Assembly: GCA_002633005.1 (NCBI GenBank)
Contig: NMRA01000075.1
Location: forward strand, 605 to 64,604
Direction: 5' to 3'
DNA length: 64,000 nt
Source of the DNA: Phoronis australis
Taxonomy: Eukaryota; Animalia; Phoronida
The notes beneath the pieces are model-generated. The model saw only the letters and a program-made list of their open reading frames with translations. It ran no database searches and had not been told where the DNA came from. This document shows positions 13,087 through 24,172 of the stretch, piece by piece. The position numbers and the translations under genes are program-made. Within the stretch, counting starts at the first letter, position 1, and each line of letters begins with the position of its first letter.

Positions 13087-16000
13087 AGTGCAGTCTTCAC
13101 TTGACTGTGTAATGGATGGAAGGGGCTTTGAACAGCCTTGGCTACAGTAATACCTTGTAGAAGAAATTGTCTGTCTGCAATGCTGGGACACTGACAAGGT
13201 AACGTAATGCTGTGACTGACGTAGATCTCGTACATCCAGTGATGACGCGAAGACCAATGTTTTGGAGCCTCTCAAGTCTTTTGATTTGATTTTTACTGAT
13301 GTTGATCATGGTGAGAGCGTAGTCGAAGACCGAAGTGACCAGGGCTTTATAAAGCATGACGAGGTGCCTTTCCTCCGCCTTCCGACCAGCCGCAGCCCTA
13401 AGGGCATTAATTCCTCTGTTAGCACGGCTGATCATACTGTTAACTTGAGTTGTGAAGTTGAGCCTGTGGTCGAGTTCTACACCCAAGTGACGCATGTGGT
13501 CAGATGTTGCAATCAACTTCCCATCGTAGGTAGGGCAAGGGAAATCATCAACACTGAGGCGATTGTCCAGAGTACAGAAGAGAGCTTCACATTTGTCTCC
13601 ATTGCAGCTCATTCCGCTGGTAGCACAAAACTAGCAGATTTTCATCAATGAAGACTGTGCTTTGTGGAGAATCTCATGATGTGTTTGTCCTTGCGATGAC
13701 AGCAGCATGTCGTCTGCAAAGGAGCGAAGTCAGCAGTCAGCGCGGTTCAGTCTGGCGAGTGGGAGGGTGTAGATATTGAACAGCACTGGGGACAGAGATG
13801 AACCTTGGGGTAAGCCTGTGTTGACAGATACCCATTCTGAACGCCATGTGCGATGTTTTAGCATGCATCGCCGGCTGTTGAGGGCACTCATCACCCATCT
13901 AATGCATCTTACAGGAATACCGAGATGAAGCATGCCATTCGCAAGTTTTGGAAGTTGAACAGAATTGTACGCATCTTCTAGATCAAGGCCAATGAGGAGA
14001 GTGTTTTCTTTGTTTTCAAAACCTTGCCATATCTCATCTGCAACAGAAGCTGCATTGGCCCATGAATCTCTACCAGGTCGATAAGCACCCATTCCTGGGA
14101 GGAGCCAGGGTTCAATTAACTTGGTGATTCTTTGCGCCATGATCCTTTCAGGGATTTTTCCAATGACGTTCTGCATCACTATGATTCGATATCCCTTGAG
14201 TGCACGATGGTCTTTTCCAGGTTTTGGTACAGGAATTAAGAAGGCATCAGTCCAGATGTGAGGGATGATTCCAGTGGCCAAACTGACGTTGTAGGACTTC
14301 ACAAGCTTGGCCAGCAGAAAGTCAGGCAAAGACTTGAGTGTCGGGACTCTCATGCCATCGGGGCCAGGGGCACCCTCTTTGCAAGTTTTGATAGCATCCG
14401 CAACCTCTGCTGTAGAGAATTGACTGTCCTGTTCAGCTGTCTTGCAAAGTCCATCTAGTTGTTGGATGAGGAGGTTTCTTTCAGATTCATCACTGTGGTC
14501 ACTTTGCTGGATGAAACGCAGGAGAAAAGCCTCACCCTGTTCCCTGTCATTCCTGAGAATGGTGTTGCTTGCATTCAGTAGGATGGATCTGGGGGGAGCA
14601 CGTCTCTTGTCCATGTTACGATGGAAGTGCCAGAAATCTGTAGCTGTCAAGTTGGATCGGCTGCAAAGCTCATCCCATCGACGATTGGCAGCCTCGGATG
14701 CTGAGCGTTTGAACAGGGCAGTGGCCCTGTTTCTGGCTGTTCTGACGACCGTGAACTCTTCCGGTGTGCAGTTTTGNNNNNNNNNNNNNNNNNNNNNNNN
14801 NNNNNNNNNNNNNNNNNNNNNNNNNNNNNNNNNNNNNNNNNNNNNNNNNNNNNNNNNNNNNNNNNNNNNNNNNNNNNNNNNNNNNNNNNNNNNNNNNNNN
14901 NNNNNNNNNNNNNNNNNNNNNNNNNNNNNNNNNNNNNNNNNNNNNNNNNNNNNNNNNNNNNNNNNNNNNNNNNNNNNNNNNNNNNNNNNNNNNNNNNNNN
15001 NNNNNNNNNNNNNNNNNNNNNNNNNNNNNNNNNNNNNNNNNNNNNNNNNNNNNNNNNNNNNNNNNNNNNNNNNNNNNNNNNNNNNNNNNNNNNNNNNNNN
15101 NNNNNNNNNNNNNNNNNNNNNNNNNNNNNNNNNNNNNNNNNNNNNNNNNNNNNNNNNNNNNNNNNNNNNNNNNNNNNNNNNNNNNNNNNNNNNNNNNNNN
15201 NNNNNNNNNNNNNNNNNNNNNNNNNNNNNNNNNNNNNNNNNNNNNNNNNNNNNNNNNNNNNNNNNNNNNNNNNNNNNNNNNNNNNNNNNNNNNNNNNNNN
15301 NNNNNNNNNNNNNNNNNNNNNNNNNNNNNNNNNNNNNNNNNNNNNNNNNNNNNNNNNNNNNNNNNNNNNNNNNNNNNNNNNNNNNNNNNNNNNNNNNNNN
15401 NNNNNNNNNNNNNNNNNNNNNNNNNNNNNNNNNNNNNNNNNNNNNTCAATTAACTTGGTGATTCTTTGCGCCATGATCCTTTCAGGGATTTTTCCAATGA
15501 CGTTCTGCATCACTATGATGCGATATCCCTTGAGTGCACGATGGTCTTTTCCAGGTTTTGGTACAGGAATTAAGAAGGCATCTGTCCAGATGTGAGGGAT
15601 GATTCCAGTGGCCAAACTGACGTTGTAGGACTTCACAAGCTTGGCCAGCAGAAAGTCAGGCAAAGACTTGAGTGTCAGGACTCTCACGCCATCGGGGCCA
15701 GGGGCACCCTCTTTGCAAGTTTTGATAGCCTCCGCAACCTCTGCTGCAGAGAATTGACTGTCCTGTTCAGCTGTCTTGCAAAGTCCATCTAGTTGTTGGA
15801 TGAGGAGGTTTCTTTCAGATTCATCACTGTGGTCACTTTGCTGGATGAAACGCAGGAGAAAAGCCTCACCCTGTTCCCTGTCATTTCTGAGAATGGTGTT
15901 GCTTGCATTCAGTAGGATGGATCTGGGAGGAGCGCGTCTCTTGTCCATGTTACGATGGAAGTGCCAGAAATCTGTAGCTGTCAAGTTGGATCGGCTGCAA

Positions 16001-18050
16001 AGCTCATCCCATCGACGATTGGCAGCCTCATATGCTGAGCATTTGAACAGGGCAGTGGCCCTGTTTCTGGCTGTTCTGACGACCGTGAACTCTTCCGGTG
16101 TGCAGTTTTGGCGTGCACGGTCAAAATCCCGCTCTTTGGAGCGCTTGTTGGCCCAGGCAGTGTCAACATCTTTATTCCACCAAGTAGTGGGGTTCTGCCT
16201 CCTGTGGTGGCATACGTGCTTATGTAAGCTTTTGGCGTGTCTGCACACTGATTTCCAGATTTTATCCCCTTCGGTATTATTGTAGGACCGTTTATAAGTC
16301 GTTACTGGAGCCTTTAATTGGTGGTGTAGTTGAACTTCACACAAGTAGTGATCGCTTCCAGCTTGACAACTCCTACGCCACTCAGCACGGTCGCGAAGAT
16401 TGTCGCTGCTCAGAGCAAGGTCAATGCACGAGTCCTTGTCAAACGGTCTCTCAGCCATCCTAGTGGGTTCACCAGAGTTGAGAACATATAAATCTAGTTC
16501 TGGAAGGCATTCGGCGAGACCTTTACCATTTGGGTTCACACCGTAGACATCCCAGCTGGAATGACGAGCATTAAAGTCACCAACAATGAGAATGTCGGGA
16601 TAGATGTGAAGCAGATTGTGAAGAAAATTGGTCGCAACTAGGGGAGGAGTTTCCCCGTATATTCAGATTGACTAGTGTGAATGGGTCGCGGAAACCAGGA
16701 TCAGTGACGCTTATTATCTGTAGTTGCCTGTCAGTGTTAGTGAAACTGAGTATTCACAAGCTCTACCATGGTGTGGCTGTCTTTGTTGATTGCGTACGCC
16801 AGGCCATTGGTGATGCCCTCTCTAGGAATAATGAAACCTTCGAGTTCAAAGTCTGTCAGGTCCTTAAGTTTGGTTTCTTGGAACAGGAGAATGTCGTAGC
16901 CCGCACAGATTTTATCCAGTATATGCTTGCTGCCACGTATGTTACAGTAACCAATCCTGAGACGGTTGAGTTGAAGTCTTTCGTACTTGAGTTGTCGGGC
17001 ACGTTTTCCAGCTTTTTTACCTCTGTGTTTCTTTCTAGGACCGCGCTTTCTGGTGCCACGGCGGATGTTCTGTCTGGCTGCACTTTCCCAGTCGCGCCGT
17101 CCAGCATCCGTATGGACATTTACTTCTGTAATAAGTCTTGAAGCAGGCGATGGAGTAACGATAAGCCTGTTGAGGTTGTAACAACCTCTAAGCCCCCTAC
17201 GCCCAAAGGGGCAGGCTAACTGCGGCGGGTCAGTTCCCTACTGGCCTGGGGCTGCCAGGCTTAAGGCGGGCGGCAGCTGACCAATAAGGGTTAAAGAACC
17301 CCTCCCACTGTCATGCGTGGCCCCTGATGCCCACCCGACGCTGATGAGGTGATGGCTTAGAATCGGTAAGCTGCCACGCACCGGTATGTTCACTGACACA
17401 ATGTGGCAGCCGGGAGTGACCTCTCCCGGACCCCTGACCAAGAAGACAATCCGTCGTCTCCTGCCCTTCTGAATGTTGAGTGCATAGGACAAGTAAGGTA
17501 TCCAACAGACACTTCGTCCGCTCTGATGGGGGGGGTCGGCTCCACCTGCGGCTCTCTGCAGTTCTTCTGACCGTTGAGTGCCAGGGATGTGGAGAGCATC
17601 TGAAAGGCACCACGTCCTCTCAGCCAGAAAAACTAGTATTTTACAGGACAAGGTAGTAAGTCTTGAGCCCAACCAATGAAGGGTGCTATTTGCCCATAGC
17701 TGGGAGTTAGGTTGGTGAACGCCAGAGCATATCCATACACCGATGGGTCATGCACGTTGCACCTTTAAGAGCCTAACCTCTTCCGAGATCCCTTGCAAAA
17801 TTTAGCCTGGGGCCGCAGGGTGCCCAGTTACCATGGTGTACCACAAGGAGGTACTGCAAGAGTCTTGATTAGAGGTAGTTAAAGGCCACCAAGGCGGGTC
17901 TTACACATGCCTTCCTAATTCGTCTCATAGGACTAGGTGGTCGTAGAAGGTGAAAGCTAGAAAGTGTAAGCGCTAACTACACTAAGCTACAATAACTACA
18001 CATCTAACCCTGTGTCTAAGACACCACACCACATTAACGGGCTCTCTACT
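13087..18050 (-). mobile_element. Non-LTR retrotransposon (APE endonuclease + reverse transcriptase; I/Jockey group-like), inactivated
   Basis: APE motifs YCNIRG, FQET, GDFNARH, IDLALSS, SDH (about 16340-16960). RT motifs PGPDG, LDLEDAY, GLPQGSSLSP, FADD (near 13700-13720), LGVELD. In-frame TGA at 13730-13732 plus frameshifts. The 5' boundary is approximate and the 3' end is cut at n13086. Confidence 0.9.
14112..16110. other. Assembly gap (14777-15445) flanked by a 665-bp overlap (14112-14776 = 15446-16110)
   Basis: Same RT segment on both sides of the N run, offset 1334, only a few substitutions. Confidence 0.9.
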
Positions 18051-19739
18051 GACAATAAGACAATCGATGCAGTCACTGAATGTCATTTCCCCATAATTTG
18101 TGCTAAGTTGAAAAGTTTTTGCCATTAGTATAAAGCCTTTCTTCTGAAAGGAAACGTTAATGTCACTCTGTGAGAAAGGACAGGTATTTATACCTATGGC
18201 CTATAGAAGCGCTTGTAAAAAAGGTCCAGTTTCGGCACATGACTTTCCTTCATGTAACCTCATTCAGCCTCAATAACATCCAAAATCAGATCCTTGAAGG
18301 TACACACAGCAGCATATCACTTGACTCGTTTTTGTGCCCAAAATCAGACCCTGAACTAGACCAGAGTGTCACTACGTCTTCTTTAGCTTCAGTCCCTCAT
18401 GTTTCTTTCAGGAAAGGAAATAAGCTATTGTCCACACATGACTCATTGCCTATGAAACGGCATCCTCACCAACGAGGCTGACTTGTGTAGCAGTCAGATA
18501 TAGTTCCTCTTCATACACAAACAATCCACTGGCACATTGTCTTATGGTAACTTAGTACTGCGATTCACATTTCTCCAGGGCCACTCACTTTTACATTGTG
18601 CCATGCAGCACTGCTGGGTGTGGAAATGCTGTGGGAAGAGAAAGGAGTAACAAAGCTTGTGTATGTTGCAGCTTGAAGTGGCCTTATAATGTCACTGAAC
18701 CAAATATTGAAACATGAAAAATTAAGTACTCCAGGTTGGGTGAAAAACGATACCCCTGTTTTTCAAAAATTTGATATGGTGACTGCTCTACAATTTCACA
18801 CAAAGTTAAATAATTAATATTTTCAGAAAGCAAGGGTGTATATAATAAGTATTGTATAAAACTGCGTCTTTATTTTCCATTCGTAGCCATAATTCTTTAA
18901 ACGCATCACTTGTCTGCAAAATAGGCAAGTTTTTTGAGACAATTTCAAACCTTTGTTACCCATTTTTAAGCCTTTTCATTTTTGATTCATTCAGCAATTT
19001 TAAACTCCGATTACAGAACCATGGGTCTGTCAAGCATACTTCTAGTCTAAGACTGAGTGAACCGTATCTCAGACTTTTTATTTTTCTTCTAATAGAAGAT
19101 ATGAAGACTTGGGTCATTTAAAAAATGATGGATAATCTTTCTGTTGTTTAAGAGTAATTACAAATCTTAAGTAACCATCAAAAACGGAATTTTCACAAAA
19201 AATGGCAGTCATTTGAATTTATAAACGACTTGCAACATTTCAGTTCATGAGTTAAGACTATTAAGTGACTGAGAATTCAGAAAATGTAATATATTTTTAT
19301 GGGTTTACAATTGATAGCAAAACAGTTTCATGAAATAAACTTGAAGGAACTTAAGGTTAAGAATTACCTCACCCAAACATGTATTACCTGTTATTTCTAC
19401 ACATTCAGTTGCACCAAATATTACAACCCCAACCCCCTATGCCAATCCCCCGCTAAGGACCTGCATAAGTAAATTAACAAAATGACTTTCATACCTTTCT
19501 TTAAAAATAGCTGTTCCTTTTCAAAGGCTTTGTTCGTTGTCTCCAAAAGTAGGCTTTGACAACATAACTGCACTGCATGAGAAGATCTTGCTAGTTAGCT
19601 GCAGTCAATTGCTTAAAACCAATTTTTGTCCATTCAGGGACGGTGCAGAAGCGACACGTATCTCCTCTGCACGGTACAAGCCCTCAGACCTAAAAAACCA
19701 AAGGTCACGTAAAAACAGACATGATAGATTCCATTTCCG

Positions 19740-19917
19740 GAAGACATAGGATAGGTAGTAAACAAATAGTCTAATGGATATTTGTCACATACCCTTTACC
19801 ATTGGGCTTGGATTGTAATCTTAACTCCCGAAGACATAGGATAGGGAGTAAACAAATAGTCTAACGGATATTTGTCACGTACCCTTTGCCATTGGGCTTG
19901 GATTGTAATCTTAACTC
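19740..19917. repeat. 90-bp tandem duplication (2 copies)
   Basis: AAGACATAGGATAGG...CTTAACTC at 19741 and 19831. Confidence 0.9.
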
Positions 19918-20524
19918 ACTAACCAATATAGAGTTGACAGCATAAACATTCAGCATTGATTTATGTAACTCTCACTGATAAACCTGTCAGAAATCATTCC
20001 AAACAATAATACTGCTTTGATGTACGAAAAGATCCCGAGTGCTACGTCAAGTATCGGAACACGCATCATAACAAACAAAGATTAACCCAACTGGTGACTG
20101 CAGTGAAGTGGACATCGGCGAGTACCTCACTTAACAGGCATCTGTAGAATAAACATGGAACAATTGTTAAAATAATCACAAACCTTACCTTTGTATAAGG
20201 GCGTGCTTACTTCCTCTCATAGAAGCACCCTGTTCACGCAATCTCAGATTCAGTTGGCACGGCTGCAAGCCATTTCACCATGTATTTAAAGGGCTTGCAA
20301 AATCAAGGCTGCTTATCTATCACCACTAGTACACGCGCGCCCTCTAGTTAATGTAAATTGTCCGAATAGCCCCATTAGTGCGGTTTTCCATTTCCATGCA
20401 GTTCTGTCAAAGCACAAGCAAAGAAAGGTCAGCTTTGTTTAATTTTATCTTACTTGGCATGATTCAACTTTACTTGCAGGTAAGCTGAGCTGCTATTTAA
20501 TATTTCTTGTTGATTTGACTTCAG

Positions 20525-20642
20525 GGGCAGCCATCCTTTGTCAAGTTGTTTAGATACCCTCATCTGGATGTATACAAAGATGCTGTAGCTCACAAGAGCT
20601 TCTTTAAAGCTGAAAAAGTTGAAATAAAGTGGAGCCATAATG
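20525..20642 (+). CDS. EIF2A: Eukaryotic translation initiation factor 2A, internal exon (GQPSFVKLFRYPHLDVYKDAVAHKSFFKAEKVEIKWSHN)
   Basis: Matches eIF2A PSFV.L..YP...A.KSFFKA.KV...W; AG/GTAACT boundaries, phase 0-1. Confidence 0.9.
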
Positions 20643-20665
20643 GTAACTGAAGCTTGTGTATAGAG

Positions 20666-20853
20666 CATGTGTGTTCACCATGTGTGTAGACCCTGNTGTG
20701 TGTAGACCCTGTGTGTAGACCCTGTGTGTAGACCCTGTGTGTAGACCCTGTGTGTAGACCCTGTGTGTAGACCCTGTGTGTAGACCCTGTGTGTAGACCA
20801 TGTGTGTAGACCCTGTGTGTAGACCATGTGTGTAGACCATGTGTCTAGAGCAT
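20666..20853. repeat. 13-bp minisatellite (TGTGTGTAGACCC)n, intronic
   Basis: About 14 tandem units, contains n20696. Confidence 0.95.
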
Positions 20854-21251
20854 GTTGGCTGATTATGGGACCGTGACTACAAACGGTGGCTTAAGGTGAC
20901 ATGTCAAATGTGATGTGTTGGTAATCTGATTGAAGGCTCAATTTGTCAGACCCCAATTCACTTTAATGGTGTTTAGTAAACTTTACGTGTTAGTTATAAT
21001 ACTGACTAGTGTTTGTTCAGTCAAAAATATATTTAATGCCACTGATAAAAACACGGCATAGGATTAAATGCATGAATGGGAAGTACCTTTTTACTAAGGT
21101 GATGAAACGTCATGTTACTAAGTGGTAGAATGTGGATTGTACATGTTTAAACTGAGGTAGACAGTTTTATACGCTGCATTGATTTTTGTCTTAATTGTCT
21201 GATTGGCCTATGGTCTTTACTGCAGGAGTAAAGTTAATTAATTTGTCCCAG

Positions 21252-21362
21252 GTAAAGGCGTGGTCATTTTAACATCAGTGGAGACATCAGAAACATCTTA
21301 CTACGGTGAACAAGGACTGCACTATGCATCAGTGGAGGGTGACAGCTCACTGGTGCCTCTTG
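21252..21362 (+). CDS. EIF2A: eIF2A internal exon (GKGVVILTSVETSETSYYGEQGLHYASVEGDSSLVPL)
   Basis: SYYGEQ.LHY signature; AG/GTGAGT boundaries, phase 1-1. Confidence 0.92.
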
Positions 21363-21524
21363 GTGAGTTCAGTGTTTTGATGAGTAAGTACTCTATACAT
21401 CAGTGGAGGGTGACAGCTCACTGGTGCATCTTGGTGAGTTCAGTGCTTTGCTGAGTAACTACACTATGCATCAGTGGAAGGTGACAGCTCACTGGTGCCT
21501 CCTGTTGAGTACAGGGCTTTGATG
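21320..21524. repeat. 71-bp tandem repeat (about 3 units) spanning the eIF2A exon end and its splice donor
   Basis: CAGTGGA(G/A)GGTGACAGCTCACTGGTG at 21330, 21401 and 21472. Confidence 0.9.
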
Positions 21525-22309
21525 TGTACACAGTTATGTGATTATATCCGTGTACAGTGGTTCAGAGTGGGCTGATCTTTGAGCAGATGATCAAATTTGT
21601 TGACAAAATCATGCCCCCCCCCCAGTTCCCCTCAGGACTGGAACATATAAAACCTACAGTAACTTTGGTAATCAGCATCAGCTGAAAACGAAGAAATGCA
21701 AGGATTTCAGTTGACAACTTGACAATTTCACATTTATCCATCCAAATGTAGAAGCTGGGAATTAACCTCAGCTTTCTTGTAACAGGCTGGAAGGCATCAG
21801 GAAGTGTGTCAACGGGTGCACTTGTCCTGTAAATGTAGCCTCCTTCCCTAGCCAATGACATTGCATGGTTGCTGCAAAAACGCATTGAACTTTGGCTTGA
21901 GAGACTGCTGTTATGCGTTCTTTACCAACTACACATGTTGGTGGATATTGTCGTCATCTCCATCTTTGTGTCTGGCTTGCACTGCTGTACCGTATTCTCT
22001 CTAATAATCGCCCATGGCGCTTAGAAAAATTCATTTCAGTGGGGCGCTTGTTGTAACCCAAGGCGTTTGAAACCCGGTCTCCGAAACGGGTATCATATTT
22101 ACGCTCTGTGACATATCTGTAACCTTTGACAGACTTTCTACAAATTTGTAGTGCATTGCTATCAAACTGCTGTTAAATTACGATCATTTTACAGAAAATT
22201 GTGCATAAATCTCAGGGCGAGAACTCTCCGACTGACTGGCAATCATCGATATGGCAACTTGAATGCTTGAATAAAAATATCTCCATGATAGCAAGTAACA
22301 GCATATGTT

Positions 22310-22845
22310 CACGAAAACAACAACGGTTTTAAAACTTGACATGTTTCGGTGTCATTTATTAAACACCATCCTCAGAAGTCATAATACAGTGGCCACCTAG
22401 CTAGGCCCAGCAACAAGTAATGAAGCACAGATACAGTCAGTTACAGGGAGTGACAATGAACTAGACCAACAAGGACAACCTGTGGTGTGTCAGTTGCCTA
22501 TTGAGATTGGGCTTGCACCAACTGATATGTAAAGCCTCAGGAATTTTAAGCTCCTTTGTTGTTACTGCCTGGTCTATTATTGCAAAATCATTGAAAGAGC
22601 ACTGCTGATAACAATGATTGGAGCTCTGCAGGTGAATATTTACATGTGAATTACTGTCAGAATTTAGGTGTTCCTTGGTCCTGGTTTTCAAATGGCGAAC
22701 AGTTTCGCCTATATAACTGGAGCCACATCCAGCACAGATAAATTTGTATACTACCTTGGACCGTAGACCCATAGAAATTTTGTCCTTAGGGTTAAATAAA
22801 CTCGACAGTTTTAGAGACTTGAATGTTAATACAACTCTTAAGTTC
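22310..22845 (-). mobile_element. 5'-truncated Penelope-like retroelement (GIY-YIG endonuclease C-terminus + pLTR)
   Basis: ORF 22461-22772 VVYKFICAGCGSSYIGETVRHLKTRTKEH...EALHI...KPNLNRQ, followed by the hammerhead. Boundaries approximate. Confidence 0.88.
22333..22380 (-). ncRNA. Minimal type I hammerhead ribozyme of a Penelope-like element
   Basis: Minus strand reads ACUU-CUGAGGA-U-GGUGU..ACACC-GAAA-CAUG-UC-AAGU: intact core, stem I ACUU/AAGU, stem II GGUGU/ACACC, short palindromic stem III. Confidence 0.8.
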
Positions 22846-23418
22846 CCCCAGGGGCAGTTTTTTTTACATTTACCTCTGTATATTCAAAGTTCTTTGACAG
22901 ATTGTCATGAAATTTTTACATTTGTATTTCTGTTATGGAGATGACAACGCATTTTTATTTTTGGGCAGATTAGATGTATTCTTTGCCACTCATTGGTCTT
23001 TTCTGCTATTTTTGAATCTGGATCTATGTAAGACATGACAAGTGCATGTCAATCCAGGTGGCAAGAGATGCTAATTTCTTTTAGATGAATCTAAGTACCA
23101 TTGTGCATCATAGTGGCAATGTTATTTTTAGGTTTGACTGTTTATCTTTGGAGTTCCTGTACAGATTTTCATGCAATTTGTGAAATCACTGTTTTTTGGG
23201 AGTTGATGAGACCCTCTCATTTCATTGCCAGACGGCTTCAATTTATTTTGCTCCCCCCAATGGCCCATTTTGATATTATCAAACTTCCCTAGAAGCATAC
23301 TGTTTGTAGTGCAGTGGTGGGCTCATTTCAACACTTTGGTTGCTCTTGTTAATGCAGTTATAAAGTGTGTTCTTGATCAAAGATTGCTGTGGCAACGTTA
23401 ACACTTTTCTTCTTTCAG

Positions 23419-23487
23419 CCAAAAATGGTCCTGTGTACAGCGTCGAATGGAATCCGTCTTTACCACAGTTCTGTGTTGTCTATGGTT
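23419..23487 (+). CDS. EIF2A: eIF2A internal exon (AKNGPVYSVEWNPSLPQFCVVYG)
   Basis: KNGP.Y.V.WN....F..VYG signature; ttttcAG-type acceptor; followed by GTATCTTT donor. Confidence 0.92.
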
Positions 23488-24070
23488 GTATCTTTTGTTG
23501 TGCAAACGTGTTATACAAACATGTTCAAACGTGTTGTTCAAACGTGTTCAAACGTATACAGCCAGGGATTACTATGTTGTATTTGCAGCTGTACGAACAT
23601 TGCACCGTAAACTCGCGGGTCAACGCCCATGCCTGTGTAATCGCCCATCCCCGACTTTTGGTCATTTTTCGGTTTAAGGGCCCACTGCTTGAGTAATAGC
23701 CCATCCCCTACTTTGTGCAAATTTCCCCTGAGTACCCACCTCTTGGGTAATCACCCACCCCCGACTTTTAGCCAATTGTTCATTTTAAGCGCCAACTGCT
23801 TGGGTCATCGCCCTCCTTCCTGCCAAAGGTTTTCCCAATTTAAGTGCCCAGGGCGTTAACCCACAAGTTAACGGTATTTAGAAGTGTTCCTTTGTGACAA
23901 TGTTGGATCACATTTTCTGTACTTGACTGATGTTCTAATGCTCATTTTTGTGCAGTTTCTTTAATTTCTTTCCTTTTGTTCTAGATAGTTGATATCTTTA
24001 GATGGTACATTTTTCATTAATTAACTTGTCACTGTGCACACAACACTGTGCTTCCTTAACTCATGCTCAG
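23488..24070 (+). other. U12-type (minor spliceosome) GT-AG intron
   Basis: 5' site GTATCTTT; branch site TTCCTTAAC at 24052-24060, 10 nt before the terminal AG; no polypyrimidine tract; splicing restores YG-F-MPAK. Confidence 0.85.
23603..23876. mobile_element. MITE with about 28-bp imperfect TIRs (ACCGTAAACTCGCGGGTCAACGCCC / GGGCGTTAACCCACAAGTTAACGGT)
   Basis: Inverted termini and internal short repeats (AATCGCCCATCCCCGACTTT-like). Confidence 0.7.
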
Positions 24071-24172
24071 TCATGCCTGCTAAAGCAACACTGTTCAACA
24101 CAAAGTGTGAACCAGTGTTTGACTTTGGCACAGGGCCAAGAAATGTCACCTCCTTCAACGCTCATGGAAACA
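24071..24172 (+). CDS. EIF2A: eIF2A internal exon (FMPAKATLFNTKCEPVFDFGTGPRNVTSFNAHGN)
   Basis: Near-exact eIF2A FMPAKAT.FN.KC.PVFDFGTGPRN motif; followed by ATATCCTTT, a U12 AT-AC donor at 24173. Confidence 0.92.

Noticed and set aside
14442-15595. Long ORFs full of X
   Set aside because: Artefacts of the N gap.
20337-20348. CTCF-like motif GCGCCCTCTAGT between the ankyrin gene and eIF2A
   Set aside because: A single partial match could arise by chance; no supporting evidence.
20666-21524. Regular repeats as a possible CRISPR-like array
   Set aside because: Head-to-tail minisatellites without unique spacers, in a eukaryotic intron.
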